Positions 30,284 through 38,678 of a DNA stretch of 64,000 bases are shown here, one piece after another. Source of the DNA: a bacterium (lineage in GTDB: Bacteria > Lindowbacteria > 2-12-FULL-62-27); NCBI GenBank assembly GCA_016202645.1, contig JACQOF010000127.1, forward strand, positions 3,781 through 67,780, given 5' to 3'. The notes beneath the pieces are model-generated. The model worked only from the letters and a program-made list of their open reading frames with translations, did not search any database and had not been told where the DNA came from. A program made the position numbers and the translations under genes. The number at the start of each line of letters is the position of its first letter. Within the stretch, counting starts at the first letter, position 1.

Positions 30284-31644
30284 CCCGGTTCGAGGTGTCT
30301 GGGAGTAATCTCAACCGGCTCCAACTCTACAATATCCTTTTTACTGCCTGCGCCCAATGTCTTAAAGCGCCGCGCCGACGGCAGGACTCTCGTCTCCACA
30401 GACGACACCGCTTTGTTGTAGGCTTCGACACTGCGGCCCAGACTGTCGCCGATGTGCTGGAGATGCTCGGCCAGGACCGCCATCCGGTCGTGGAGTTCCT
30501 CGCCAAGACGGCTGATTTCCTTGGCGTTTTCGGCGACCTGCTCCTGCCGCCATCCGTAGGCGACGGCCCGAAGAAGCGCGATGAAGGTCGAGGGCGTGGC
30601 GATGACGACGCGCTTGGCGAGGGCATGCTCGACGAGCGCCGGGTCGCGTTCGGCGGCGGCGGCGAGGAATGAGTCGTTCGGAATAAAAAGGACGACGAAC
30701 TCCGGCGCCGACTCGAACTGGTCCCAGTATTCCTTGTTCGAAAGTTGCGATACGTGGCGCTTGATCTGCTCGACGTGCGACTGCTGGGCCTTCTCGCGCT
30801 CATCGTCCGTCCGCGCCTCGAGCGCCAGAAGATACGCCTCCAGGGGAACCTTCGAATCGACCACGACTTCGCGGCCCGCCGGAAGCTTCACAATCATGTC
30901 GGGGCGGAGCCGGCCGTTTTCAGATTCGACGGACTGCTGTTCGAAAAAATCGCAGTGGTTCGCCATGCCCGCCAGCTCCGCGCACCGCCGCAGGGTGATC
31001 TCGCCCCACCGCCCGCGGACCTGCGGCGCGCGCAGGGCATTCACGAGTTTGGCGGTCTCGCCCTGGAGCGTCGCCTGCGCGCCGGCCAGGGACCGGAGCT
31101 GTTCGCCGACGGCGGAATATTCCCGGAGGCGCTTCTCCTCCATGACCTGGGATTCGCGTTGATACAAATCGAGGGTTTCTTTCAGGGGCCGGACCAAATC
31201 CTCGATCGCGGCTTTCCGGTGTTCCAAGTCCGTGCTGGCCTCCTTCTGCAAAGATCCGAAAACCTGCCTGGCGAGGTCAATGAAATTCTGGTTGTTCCGG
31301 GATAGAGCGTCGGCCGCGAGGGACTTGAACGCGTCGGAAAGTTTCGTTCGGGCCTCGTCCAGCATCCCCTTCTGCTCCAAAATGGCGCGCTCCGCGTCCT
31401 CCACACGGGCCGCCGCCGCGCGCTCGCTGTCGGCCTTGCGGAGCGCATCCTGAAGCTGGGCGGCTTCGGCGCGGAGGGACTCGATCTGTTTCCGAAGCTC
31501 ATCCGCCTGCGCCTGCGACGCTCGCGCGCGGCCGTCGAGATCCATGAGCGCGCGGTCCGCGGAGGCGCGGGTGCGGTAGAGGGCGATGAACCAGCCGATC
31601 AACAATCCAAGAGCGAGACCCAAGGTCAAAAAAATCCAATTCAT
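30280..31644 (-). CDS. rmuC: DNA recombination protein RmuC
   Basis: N-terminal TM plus coiled coil, RGRWGE, RPDMIV.LP, VDSKVP, LSNKEYW, ATPSTF. Confidence 0.92.
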   Translation of the reverse strand: MNWIFLTLGLALGLLIGWFIALYRTRASADRALMDLDGRARASQAQADELRKQIESLRAEAAQLQDALRKADSERAAAARVEDAERAILEQKGMLDEARTKLSDAFKSLAADALSRNNQNFIDLARQVFGSLQKEASTDLEHRKAAIEDLVRPLKETLDLYQRESQVMEEKRLREYSAVGEQLRSLAGAQATLQGETAKLVNALRAPQVRGRWGEITLRRCAELAGMANHCDFFEQQSVESENGRLRPDMIVKLPAGREVVVDSKVPLEAYLLALEARTDDEREKAQQSHVEQIKRHVSQLSNKEYWDQFESAPEFVVLFIPNDSFLAAAAERDPALVEHALAKRVVIATPSTFIALLRAVAYGWRQEQVAENAKEISRLGEELHDRMAVLAEHLQHIGDSLGRSVEAYNKAVSSVETRVLPSARRFKTLGAGSKKDIVELEPVEITPRHLEPG

Positions 31645-31868
31645 GCGGATTGCACTTTGAGCCGCTCGGAGATCCAGACCTTGATGATCGACTGGCGCGT
31701 CACGCCCATCCGGCCGGCCTCCTTGTCGAGCGAGTGGATCATCCACGAAGGAAAATCCACATTGACGCGTTTGGGCGTCTGGTTCGTCCGGCGGGCGCGG
31801 GTCAGATCAAGGAATTTTGTGATATCTTTGCCCGAATCAAAGTTCCTGTCAAATTCCTTAGCTTTCAT
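31641..31868 (-). CDS. BrnA/CopG-type antitoxin
   Basis: KRVNVDFPSWMIHSLDKEA...TRQSIIKVWI RHH; follows a BrnT toxin. Confidence 0.88.
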   Translation of the reverse strand: MKAKEFDRNFDSGKDITKFLDLTRARRTNQTPKRVNVDFPSWMIHSLDKEAGRMGVTRQSIIKVWISERLKVQSA

Positions 31869-32118
31869 ACAATTCCTTCTCCTCCTTCCGCGATCTCCTT
31901 GCCGAAATGATCCGAATCTTCCCCCGCCTGTACGTAATCACCGCCGACCATTGTACGTCTTGAATTTTTCCGATACACAGGAATCTCTCTTCATCCGTCG
32001 TCCTTGCCGGAATCTCCAGGATATCCGGGTCACTCCACAGCGCTTGCGCCCCGATGAAATCGATCCCGTGTTTGGTCTTGTTCGCCCGGCTCTTGGCCCC
32101 GTCAAACTCAAATTCCAT
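31858..32118 (-). CDS. BrnT family toxin
   Basis: MEFEFD..KSRANKTKHGIDF, IRIISARR. Confidence 0.92.
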   Translation of the reverse strand: MEFEFDGAKSRANKTKHGIDFIGAQALWSDPDILEIPARTTDEERFLCIGKIQDVQWSAVITYRRGKIRIISARRSRKEEKELYES

Positions 32119-32199
32119 ATCTGTATAGAATATATACCATTTTTGCAAACCGAGTCAAGCCGCCAATACCTCGGTGAGTTCGGCCTTCGCCATGGCCTT

Positions 32200-33171
32200 C
32201 TACCTGCCCGCATTCATATTTTTTCGCCGCGACTTTGACCCCAGGAAACAGCGGGTGCGCCAGGCCCGGACGTAACAGCCGCATTCCAAAAACAGCCGGG
32301 CGAAGGCGCCGGGAGCACTGAGTAATAAATATAGAAGGAGCGCGAGGTCCATCGCCCAGATGAGCGGCAGTCTCAGGAGATAGTCGGCCGGGCGCTCGTT
32401 CTTGATCATCGTCAGCCAGCGGTTTTTGACGATGTGATATTTCAGGCCGGCCGGGCGGCCCGCCATCCGCGTGAGACGCGTCATGGGCCCGCGGAAGATT
32501 TGACTGCCGCCGCGGAAATGATACGCAACCGCGGACGGGACATAGACGGCCTTCCACCCAAGCCGCCGCGCGCGCCAGCCGACGTCCATGTCCTCCCAGA
32601 ACGCGAAATGGTCCTCGTCGAAAAGCGCGTCGTTCTCCAGCAGAATCTCTTCGATCATTTTGCGCCGGTAAAACGCCATAGCCCCGCAGACGGCGTCGAT
32701 CTCCGCGGGCGCGGCGTACTGACCGCGATCGGCCTGCCCGAACCCGCGGTCCCGGACCATACGCGCAGCCGTGAGAATCTGCCCGGCCGAATCGATGGTC
32801 CGGCGGTCGAACCGGAGGAGTTTTCCCGAGACCATACCGACCATCGAGTCGACGCCGAACGCCGCGCCGGCCTCCTGGAGATAGGTCGGTTCCAGCCGGG
32901 TATCCGGATTGGCGAAGAGGACGAGGTCGCCGTAACTCTGTTTGTAGCCGATGTTGTTGGCCCGGCAGAATCCGGTGTTCGCCCCAAGTTCGATGATTTC
33001 GACTTCGGGGCGCCGGGCGCGCGCGATCTCTAGGGTGCGGTCGGTCGATCCGTTGTCGACCAGGAGGGTCTGCATGGGAGGCACGGTCTGCCGTTCGAGC
33101 GAATCGAGGCAGTCGGCGATGAACCGTTCGGATTGCCAGGTCACGATCACGCAGGAGACCGGAAGCGTCAT
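32200..33171 (-). CDS. Glycosyltransferase family 2
   Basis: VDNGSTD, NTGF..ANN, NPD, FDED.FAFWEDMD. Confidence 0.9.
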   Translation of the reverse strand: MTLPVSCVIVTWQSERFIADCLDSLERQTVPPMQTLLVDNGSTDRTLEIARARRPEVEIIELGANTGFCRANNIGYKQSYGDLVLFANPDTRLEPTYLQEAGAAFGVDSMVGMVSGKLLRFDRRTIDSAGQILTAARMVRDRGFGQADRGQYAAPAEIDAVCGAMAFYRRKMIEEILLENDALFDEDHFAFWEDMDVGWRARRLGWKAVYVPSAVAYHFRGGSQIFRGPMTRLTRMAGRPAGLKYHIVKNRWLTMIKNERPADYLLRLPLIWAMDLALLLYLLLSAPGAFARLFLECGCYVRAWRTRCFLGSKSRRKNMNAGR

Positions 33172-33238
33172 ATCCCGGCCAGCGTAGCTTGCCGGTTCTT
33201 GAGCGGCAACTTGACGCTGACGCCGCCCGCTTGATTCC

Positions 33239-34528
33239 ATGCGTGTCATGGACGTTCAGGCGAGACTCCGGGACTTGTTGAAAACCGCCATCGATCCCCA
33301 GACGGCGCAGGATTTCATCGTGGACAGCGTGAAGGAAGCTTTCAAGATCAGCCGCGCCACGATCATGCTGTACAACAAAACGGAGCGGCTCCTCGAGGCG
33401 ACGGCCAGTTCCGGGCATCCCAACAAGGATTTCCGGGCGATCCGGGTGCCGATTTTGCGGATGGAGGGCATCGGGTCGCGGGCGGTGGAGTGCCGGGCGT
33501 TTCTGGACAACCGCACGATCGTCATCCGGGACCGGACGCCCGACCCGGAATACCGGATGCGGCACAAGTTCCCGCACAAACAGTACGCGCGGGAGTTCGG
33601 CGTGTTTCCGCTGGAGGCGCATTCCCGGAAAATCGGCATCCTGGCCGTCGCGGTCGACGACGGATGCGCAACGGGACTTACGCCGGCCCTCAACCGGAAA
33701 ATTCGGAGGCTCACGGGTCTCATCGCGCGGATCATTCTGGCCACACGGCCGAAACCTCCGTCGGACAGGTTCCTCGCCAAAATCATGAAAGACATCCTGC
33801 AGGACGGGCTGATGTGGATGGCCTACCAGCCGATCGTCGACGTGCGGAAGAAAACCGTCCACAGCTATGAGGCCCTGCTTCGGATAAACCATCCGGTGAT
33901 CAAGGACACGTCGGAGTTTCTGACGTATGCCGAAAAATTCAACCTCTTCCGGGACGTTTCTCATTTCGGAAACCGCCAGGCCCTTCGCGCCCTCCCGCGC
34001 CTCGGGCACGGACAGAAATTGTTCCTGAACCTGCACCCCGTCGATTTCCGGGAGTACGGAGACCTGGACGACCGCGCGAACCCTTTTTACAAGCAGGATC
34101 TCTCCCGCATCGTTTTTGAGATCACCGAACGGCAGTACGTGAAAGACACCGCATGGCTGAATTCCAAGATGAAATTCTTCAAGGGTCTCGGCGCGGGCAT
34201 CGCGATCGACGACCTCGGGAGCGGCTATTCCTCCTTGGAGATGCTCACCCAGCTTGAGCCCGACTACATCAAGCTCGACATGAGCCTGATCCGGAACATC
34301 CACCAGAGCGACCGCAAACAGAAACTCATCCGGTCCCTGCTCTACTACGGCGAACAGATCGGCGCGCGATGCATCGCCGAAGGCGTCGAAAGCATGGAGG
34401 AACTCGAGACGCTCATGTCCATGAAGTGCAGTCTCATCCAGGGATTCCTGCTGGCCAGGCCGGCGGCCGGGCTCACCCCCATGAAAGACATCAGGAAAAA
34501 CCTGCGGGTGGCGGCGGAGACGGTGTGA
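33239..34528 (+). CDS. GAF + EAL c-di-GMP phosphodiesterase
   Basis: YQPIV, YEALLR, FEITE, IDDLGSGYSS, IKLD, AEGVE, QGF. Confidence 0.9.
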   Translation: MRVMDVQARLRDLLKTAIDPQTAQDFIVDSVKEAFKISRATIMLYNKTERLLEATASSGHPNKDFRAIRVPILRMEGIGSRAVECRAFLDNRTIVIRDRTPDPEYRMRHKFPHKQYAREFGVFPLEAHSRKIGILAVAVDDGCATGLTPALNRKIRRLTGLIARIILATRPKPPSDRFLAKIMKDILQDGLMWMAYQPIVDVRKKTVHSYEALLRINHPVIKDTSEFLTYAEKFNLFRDVSHFGNRQALRALPRLGHGQKLFLNLHPVDFREYGDLDDRANPFYKQDLSRIVFEITERQYVKDTAWLNSKMKFFKGLGAGIAIDDLGSGYSSLEMLTQLEPDYIKLDMSLIRNIHQSDRKQKLIRSLLYYGEQIGARCIAEGVESMEELETLMSMKCSLIQGFLLARPAAGLTPMKDIRKNLRVAAETV

Positions 34529-34558
34529 TGGGAAAGTATTTGAAGATTGAGAATTGCG

Positions 34559-34688
34559 GTAACTGTTCAGGTTCCCCGGGCTATTGCATTCTGCCCGTCA
34601 TTCCCGCGAAAGCGGGAATCCAGGGCTTTGCCCTCGGTAAACCGGGCTGGATTCCCGCTTTCGCGGGAATGACGACCTGAATAGTCAC
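34559..34688. mobile_element. MITE copy 2 (GTAAC-type TIRs, 8-bp TSD)
   Basis: GTAACTGTTCAG...CTGAATAGTCAC flanked by GAATTGCG on both sides (34551-34558, 34689-34696). Confidence 0.88.
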
Positions 34689-34704
34689 GAATTGCGCCGG
34701 AATC

Positions 34705-35376
34705 TTGCCCACAACAGCCAAGCCGTTCTCCGACGATCCCGAGACCCTGCTCCTCTGCGAATGCTACTTGTCTCTCCAAGGAGAAGGCACATTCATGGGC
34801 GCGCCGACCGTGTTTCTGCGGACGACGGTATGCAACCTCCGGTGCGCGTGGTGCGACTCGGAATTCAGTTTTACGGAAGGGGATTATATCCGGCTGGACG
34901 CGCTGATGGAGAAAATCCGGTCATTCCCGGCGCAGCGGGTCTGCCTCACCGGCGGCGAGCCTCTTCTGCAAAAGCAAAGCTTCACGCTTTGCGAACGCCT
35001 GCTGGCCGCCGGGTTTCATGTCGTCGTCGAAACCGGCGGGTCGATTTCCATCCGCGGCCTGCCAAAGCACCAGAACCTGTCCGTCAGTCTTGATGTGAAG
35101 TGCCCTTCATCAAAAATGGAGGCGCGAATGGACTGGGACAACCTCAAAGCACTCGCGCCCGGAGACCAGTTGAAATTCGTCATCGCAGGACGCGCCGATT
35201 ATGATTATGCCCGGGACGTTTTGCGGCGTCATGAAATTCCATGCCCCGTCATTTTCCAGCCGGAATCCGGCACGAAACTCCTGCCGCTGGCCGACTGGAT
35301 CCTTGCGGACGGATTGGACGTCCGGCTCCTCCCGCAACTCCACAAACTCATCTGGGGCGACCGCCGCGGCGTCTGA
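34705..35376 (+). CDS. queE: 7-carboxy-7-deazaguanine synthase (radical SAM)
   Basis: SLQGEG, CNLRCAWCD, TGGEPL, VETGG, PQLHK. Confidence 0.93.
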   Translation: MPTTAKPFSDDPETLLLCECYLSLQGEGTFMGAPTVFLRTTVCNLRCAWCDSEFSFTEGDYIRLDALMEKIRSFPAQRVCLTGGEPLLQKQSFTLCERLLAAGFHVVVETGGSISIRGLPKHQNLSVSLDVKCPSSKMEARMDWDNLKALAPGDQLKFVIAGRADYDYARDVLRRHEIPCPVIFQPESGTKLLPLADWILADGLDVRLLPQLHKLIWGDRRGV

Positions 35377-35384
35377 TCCGGCGA

Positions 35385-35831
35385 TTACTTGCCCGACGAC
35401 GCGGTCGATTTCGGCAGCTCCTGCATCCGCAGCCGGTACAGCCCGTCGCTCTTGACGTCGACGACAATCTTGGCGCCGGCTTTCAGTTCCTTGATGAGCC
35501 GCACCTGTTCCTCATCCACCACGAGCTTGCCGGCGATCAAAACCATCCGGGGCAAAATCTGGACCTTCTGGCCCTTGAGTTTCGCCGGCTTCTTCGCCTT
35601 GCTCCCCGCCTGCGCCTTCGCGTCATCAACTTTCAGAACCCAACTGCCTTCCTGGACATCCGTGGAAACCACTTTCCCCGTCAAGATCCCAACAAATCCA
35701 CGCGCCTCAGCCGGCACCTTCATCTCCGGTGCCTTCTTCTCCGCGGCCGCAGCCACCGCGGCGCCCTGACCCGCCAACATCGCCAGTCCAATCAACATCC
35801 ACCCCGAAAATCCAAACCATTTGTCTTTCAC
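35385..35831 (-). CDS. Secreted hypothetical protein
   Basis: Signal peptide (AAVAAA), Lys-rich beta-type body; GTG start. Confidence 0.7.
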   Translation of the reverse strand: MKDKWFGFSGWMLIGLAMLAGQGAAVAAAAEKKAPEMKVPAEARGFVGILTGKVVSTDVQEGSWVLKVDDAKAQAGSKAKKPAKLKGQKVQILPRMVLIAGKLVVDEEQVRLIKELKAGAKIVVDVKSDGLYRLRMQELPKSTASSGK

Positions 35832-35895
35832 GGCAGTTCCGCCTTTCTTTTTTAAAATCCCGCATCGAAAATCGATGCCCGATGAATGTCATTGG

Positions 35896-35912
35896 AGCAA
35901 AACGCGAACCCG
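35896..35912 (-). promoter_or_regulatory. Candidate sigma54 promoter
   Basis: Minus strand CGGGTTCGCGTTTTGCT (GG-N10-GC); GTTAA motifs at about 36000-36035 upstream. Confidence 0.45.
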
Positions 35913-36077
35913 AAAAGGCGCCACCGGACGAAATCCCAGAACTTACAGACAATCTATCGGTTACAAGAAACATGGGATGTCAGGGGGCCGGCTGTGAGAC
36001 GTTAAAGGTAAACAGTGCGCGTTAAGCGTTAAGTTATATTGGGAATCAGTTGCCAGGAAATAAGGATCTGATATAGA

Positions 36078-36815
36078 ATGCGCTCCGTGAACCGGGTGTT
36101 GGTAGCGGATGATGATCCGTCCATGCAGAGACTGATGACATCCGCTCTGGCGAAGAACGGATTTGAAGTTGACATCGCGCAGGATGGCCGTGGGTGTGTG
36201 CTCCTGGCGCTGACGCGGCGGCCCCGGGCGGTCCTGATGGACATCCAGATGCCCGTTCTGGACGGGCTCCGGGCGGTTGCGCTCTTCCGGAAGCTCGAAT
36301 CGCTTCGAGACATTCCGATCCTCATGCTGACGGCGTTGAAGTCGAAGGACGACGTCATGGAGGCCATTCAACGCGGGGCGCAGGATTATGTGGTCAAGCC
36401 GATCGAGGATTTCAAGGTGGTGGCGGACAAGATCCAAAAATTGATTTCAAAGGAAGCGCGGTCGGACCGCCCGATCTATAACAACCTGTCGTACCGTCTA
36501 AGTTCCGAACGCGACATCCTGCGGTTCCACCTGGCCGAAACCCTGACGGCCGACGCCGCCGCGGACCTGGACCGACTCATCGAATCCCTCTCTTCCCTCC
36601 AACCCTTGAAAATCGAATTCGATTTCCAGAACGTCCGAGACATCGCCGCCGGCGCCCTGGCCATCCTATCGGAAACCCGGGAAAATATCCTGGACGACGG
36701 CGGTGGCGCCGACCTCACGCATTTCACCTACCTCAAGGACAAGGATATCGGCCGACAGCTCCGGGAGATTTTCTCAGGCCCGCCAAGGACCGGCAAAAAA
36801 CGCCGGAGGGCCTAG
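36078..36815 (+). CDS. Response regulator, REC + STAS-like C-terminal domain
   Basis: VADDD, DIQMP, LTA, KP; C-terminal beta/alpha pattern KIEFDFQNVRDI. Confidence 0.8.
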   Translation: MRSVNRVLVADDDPSMQRLMTSALAKNGFEVDIAQDGRGCVLLALTRRPRAVLMDIQMPVLDGLRAVALFRKLESLRDIPILMLTALKSKDDVMEAIQRGAQDYVVKPIEDFKVVADKIQKLISKEARSDRPIYNNLSYRLSSERDILRFHLAETLTADAAADLDRLIESLSSLQPLKIEFDFQNVRDIAAGALAILSETRENILDDGGGADLTHFTYLKDKDIGRQLREIFSGPPRTGKKRRRA

Positions 36816-36880
36816 CCGCTATCGAGATTGCGAGATTGGTATCAGACTTCGAGATTGGTATCAGATTGGTATCATATCAG

Positions 36881-37837
36881 ATTGGTATCAGACTTTGAAT
36901 TATTGAATTATTAGGGTAGTCTACTCGTTGCATGGGCTATATAGTTCGTGAATACGTCACAGGTTACTGGTATCATGTATATACGCGCGGTCAGCGCCGA
37001 GAACCCCTATTTTTTTCTCCGGGAGATCGCGTTCGATATCTCAGTTTACTTGATCAAGAACTCTACAGACGCGGCGGAAACATCGGCAGTTTTACGCTGA
37101 TGACCAATCATGTGCACCTCTTGTTGAGGATGGGTAAGACGCCCCTCGGAGACATTCTTCAATTCGCACATTCACAATATGCCAAGGACTTCAACGCACG
37201 ACGTGGGACAGTTGGACACGTCACCCAAGGTCGGCCCGGAGTCAAAATTGTTCTGGATGACGCCTACCTATGGGCACTGGTTGGCTATTTGCATCGTAAT
37301 GCCCTCGAAGCCCGAATCGTGAAGCGCGTGACAGACTATAAGTGGAGTTCGTGGTATTGGTTTGAAGGCCAGAAGTGCGATTGGATCAAGTTGAAAAGTT
37401 GGCGTTTTCCGCCAGGATTCGACGGGCGCAAAACCAGGACAGCTTTTCGGAATGCCGTGGATCGAGGCGAACACGACTGGCCGGAAGGAAGGGGCTTCGT
37501 CGGAACACAGGATCAATGGGATATGCTCGAGCGGAGAAGACAGGTGGGACGACCCGCACAAAAGTACAAAGAACGGCGGGGGCGAAGGGAGATGGCAGAG
37601 ATTGCGGCAGACTTGGTCAAGGCCACCGGACTTACCATACAAGAACTACAGGGGCCAAGCCGAAAGCGAGATGTCAGCAGTGTACGGCATCGTGTGATGG
37701 CCCTGATGTTTGAGGAAGGCTATGGAGCTTCGGAGATCGCAAGATGGTTTGGCCGCACTCCTGGAATAGTCTCCAAGACCCACGGAAGCTGAACCCCGAA
37801 ATCCTAATAATTCAATAATTCAAAGTGTGATACCAAT
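36881..37837. mobile_element. Inverted-repeat-bounded Y1/HUH element
   Basis: 35-bp IRs at 36881-36915 and 37803-37837 (34/35 match); AT-richer than the flanks. Confidence 0.8.
36932..37792 (+). CDS. Y1 HUH transposase (RAYT/TnpA-like) with DnaA-C-like HTH tail
   Basis: YHVYTRG..REPLF, LMTNHVHLL (HUH), YLHRN, YKWSS; C-terminal GLTIQELQGPSRKRDVSSVR. Confidence 0.9.
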   Translation: MGYIVREYVTGYWYHVYTRGQRREPLFFSPGDRVRYLSLLDQELYRRGGNIGSFTLMTNHVHLLLRMGKTPLGDILQFAHSQYAKDFNARRGTVGHVTQGRPGVKIVLDDAYLWALVGYLHRNALEARIVKRVTDYKWSSWYWFEGQKCDWIKLKSWRFPPGFDGRKTRTAFRNAVDRGEHDWPEGRGFVGTQDQWDMLERRRQVGRPAQKYKERRGRREMAEIAADLVKATGLTIQELQGPSRKRDVSSVRHRVMALMFEEGYGASEIARWFGRTPGIVSKTHGS

Positions 37838-38656
37838 TCGGATACCAATTCGTGATACCAATTCGGGGCGGGCCGATGAGGCGACCGGGCGGGTCCTGCG
37901 ATGCGTCACCACGCCTTCGTAGTAAAGGACATTTCCGGTTTCGTCCGTGGCGGACCGCACCGACTCTGAAATGTTCACCGGGTGGCCGTCGAACCTGCGC
38001 CACGTCATCGCCAAGTCCTGCACGGCGCCCTTCCGTGCCATCAGGTATTGCCAGCGACTGCAATCCGCGGGTTGGGCAATGAGGTCCCGGAACAAATTGG
38101 CGGCGAAAAGCTCCCGACGGCCCGGATACCCCAGCAGCGAGGCCAGGGAGTCGGTGCAGTCCAGGATCTCGCCCGTCAGGGACGCCCGGTACGTTCCGGC
38201 CGACGTCTCGCCAAAGAGTCCCGGATCGGCCGCCTTCTGGAGTCTTTTTTCCAACTGATCGACGCGCGATTCCAGGCCCGTCTGCGTCAAAACCGTCCGG
38301 GCCGCCGCCTGCAGACGGGCCAGGAATTCCTCGCGGTCGAAGGGTTTTCGGACGTAATCGTTCGCGCCGGACTGGATGCCGGACACGACGTCGAGGACGG
38401 TGTTTTTGGCCGTGAGAAGAATGATGTATGTCCGGCGGCCGCGCGAGGACGCGCGGACTTTGCGGCACAGTTCCACCCCGTCCATGCGGGGCATCATCCA
38501 GTCCAGGATCGCCCATTGCGGAGGATCGACCGTCTGGAAACTCCGCCAAGCCTCGACCCCGTCCCGGGTCACCGTTGATTCGATGCCCATCCGGTCGAGC
38601 AGACTTTTCAAAAGGCGTCGGCACGCCGGGTCGTCGTCCGCGATCAGGGCTTTCAT
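37820..38656 (-). CDS. REC-PAS protein, probably 3'-truncated
   Basis: IADDD, LDWMMP, LTAK, KPF; PAS ends YYEGVVTH and the frame stops inside the element's IR. Confidence 0.75.
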   Translation of the reverse strand: MKALIADDDPACRRLLKSLLDRMGIESTVTRDGVEAWRSFQTVDPPQWAILDWMMPRMDGVELCRKVRASSRGRRTYIILLTAKNTVLDVVSGIQSGANDYVRKPFDREEFLARLQAAARTVLTQTGLESRVDQLEKRLQKAADPGLFGETSAGTYRASLTGEILDCTDSLASLLGYPGRRELFAANLFRDLIAQPADCSRWQYLMARKGAVQDLAMTWRRFDGHPVNISESVRSATDETGNVLYYEGVVTHRRTRPVASSARPELVSRIGIRIGITL

Positions 38657-38678
38657 GACGTCGATTTCTTCTTCTCGG

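Noticed and set aside
14077-35376. queD/queE as a 7-deazaguanine DNA modification (dpd) system
   Set aside because: The genes are 20 kb apart with no dpdA/tgt-like gene; ordinary queuosine synthesis is sufficient
36820-36915. CRISPR-like array
   Set aside because: Units are about 12 bp with no unique spacers and no cas genes; better explained as reiterated element termini
36932-37792. This Y1 enzyme as the mobiliser of the GTCATTCCCGC hairpins
   Set aside because: No such hairpin flanks the gene, and the copies show TIRs and TSDs typical of DDE transposition; cannot be excluded but is unsupported
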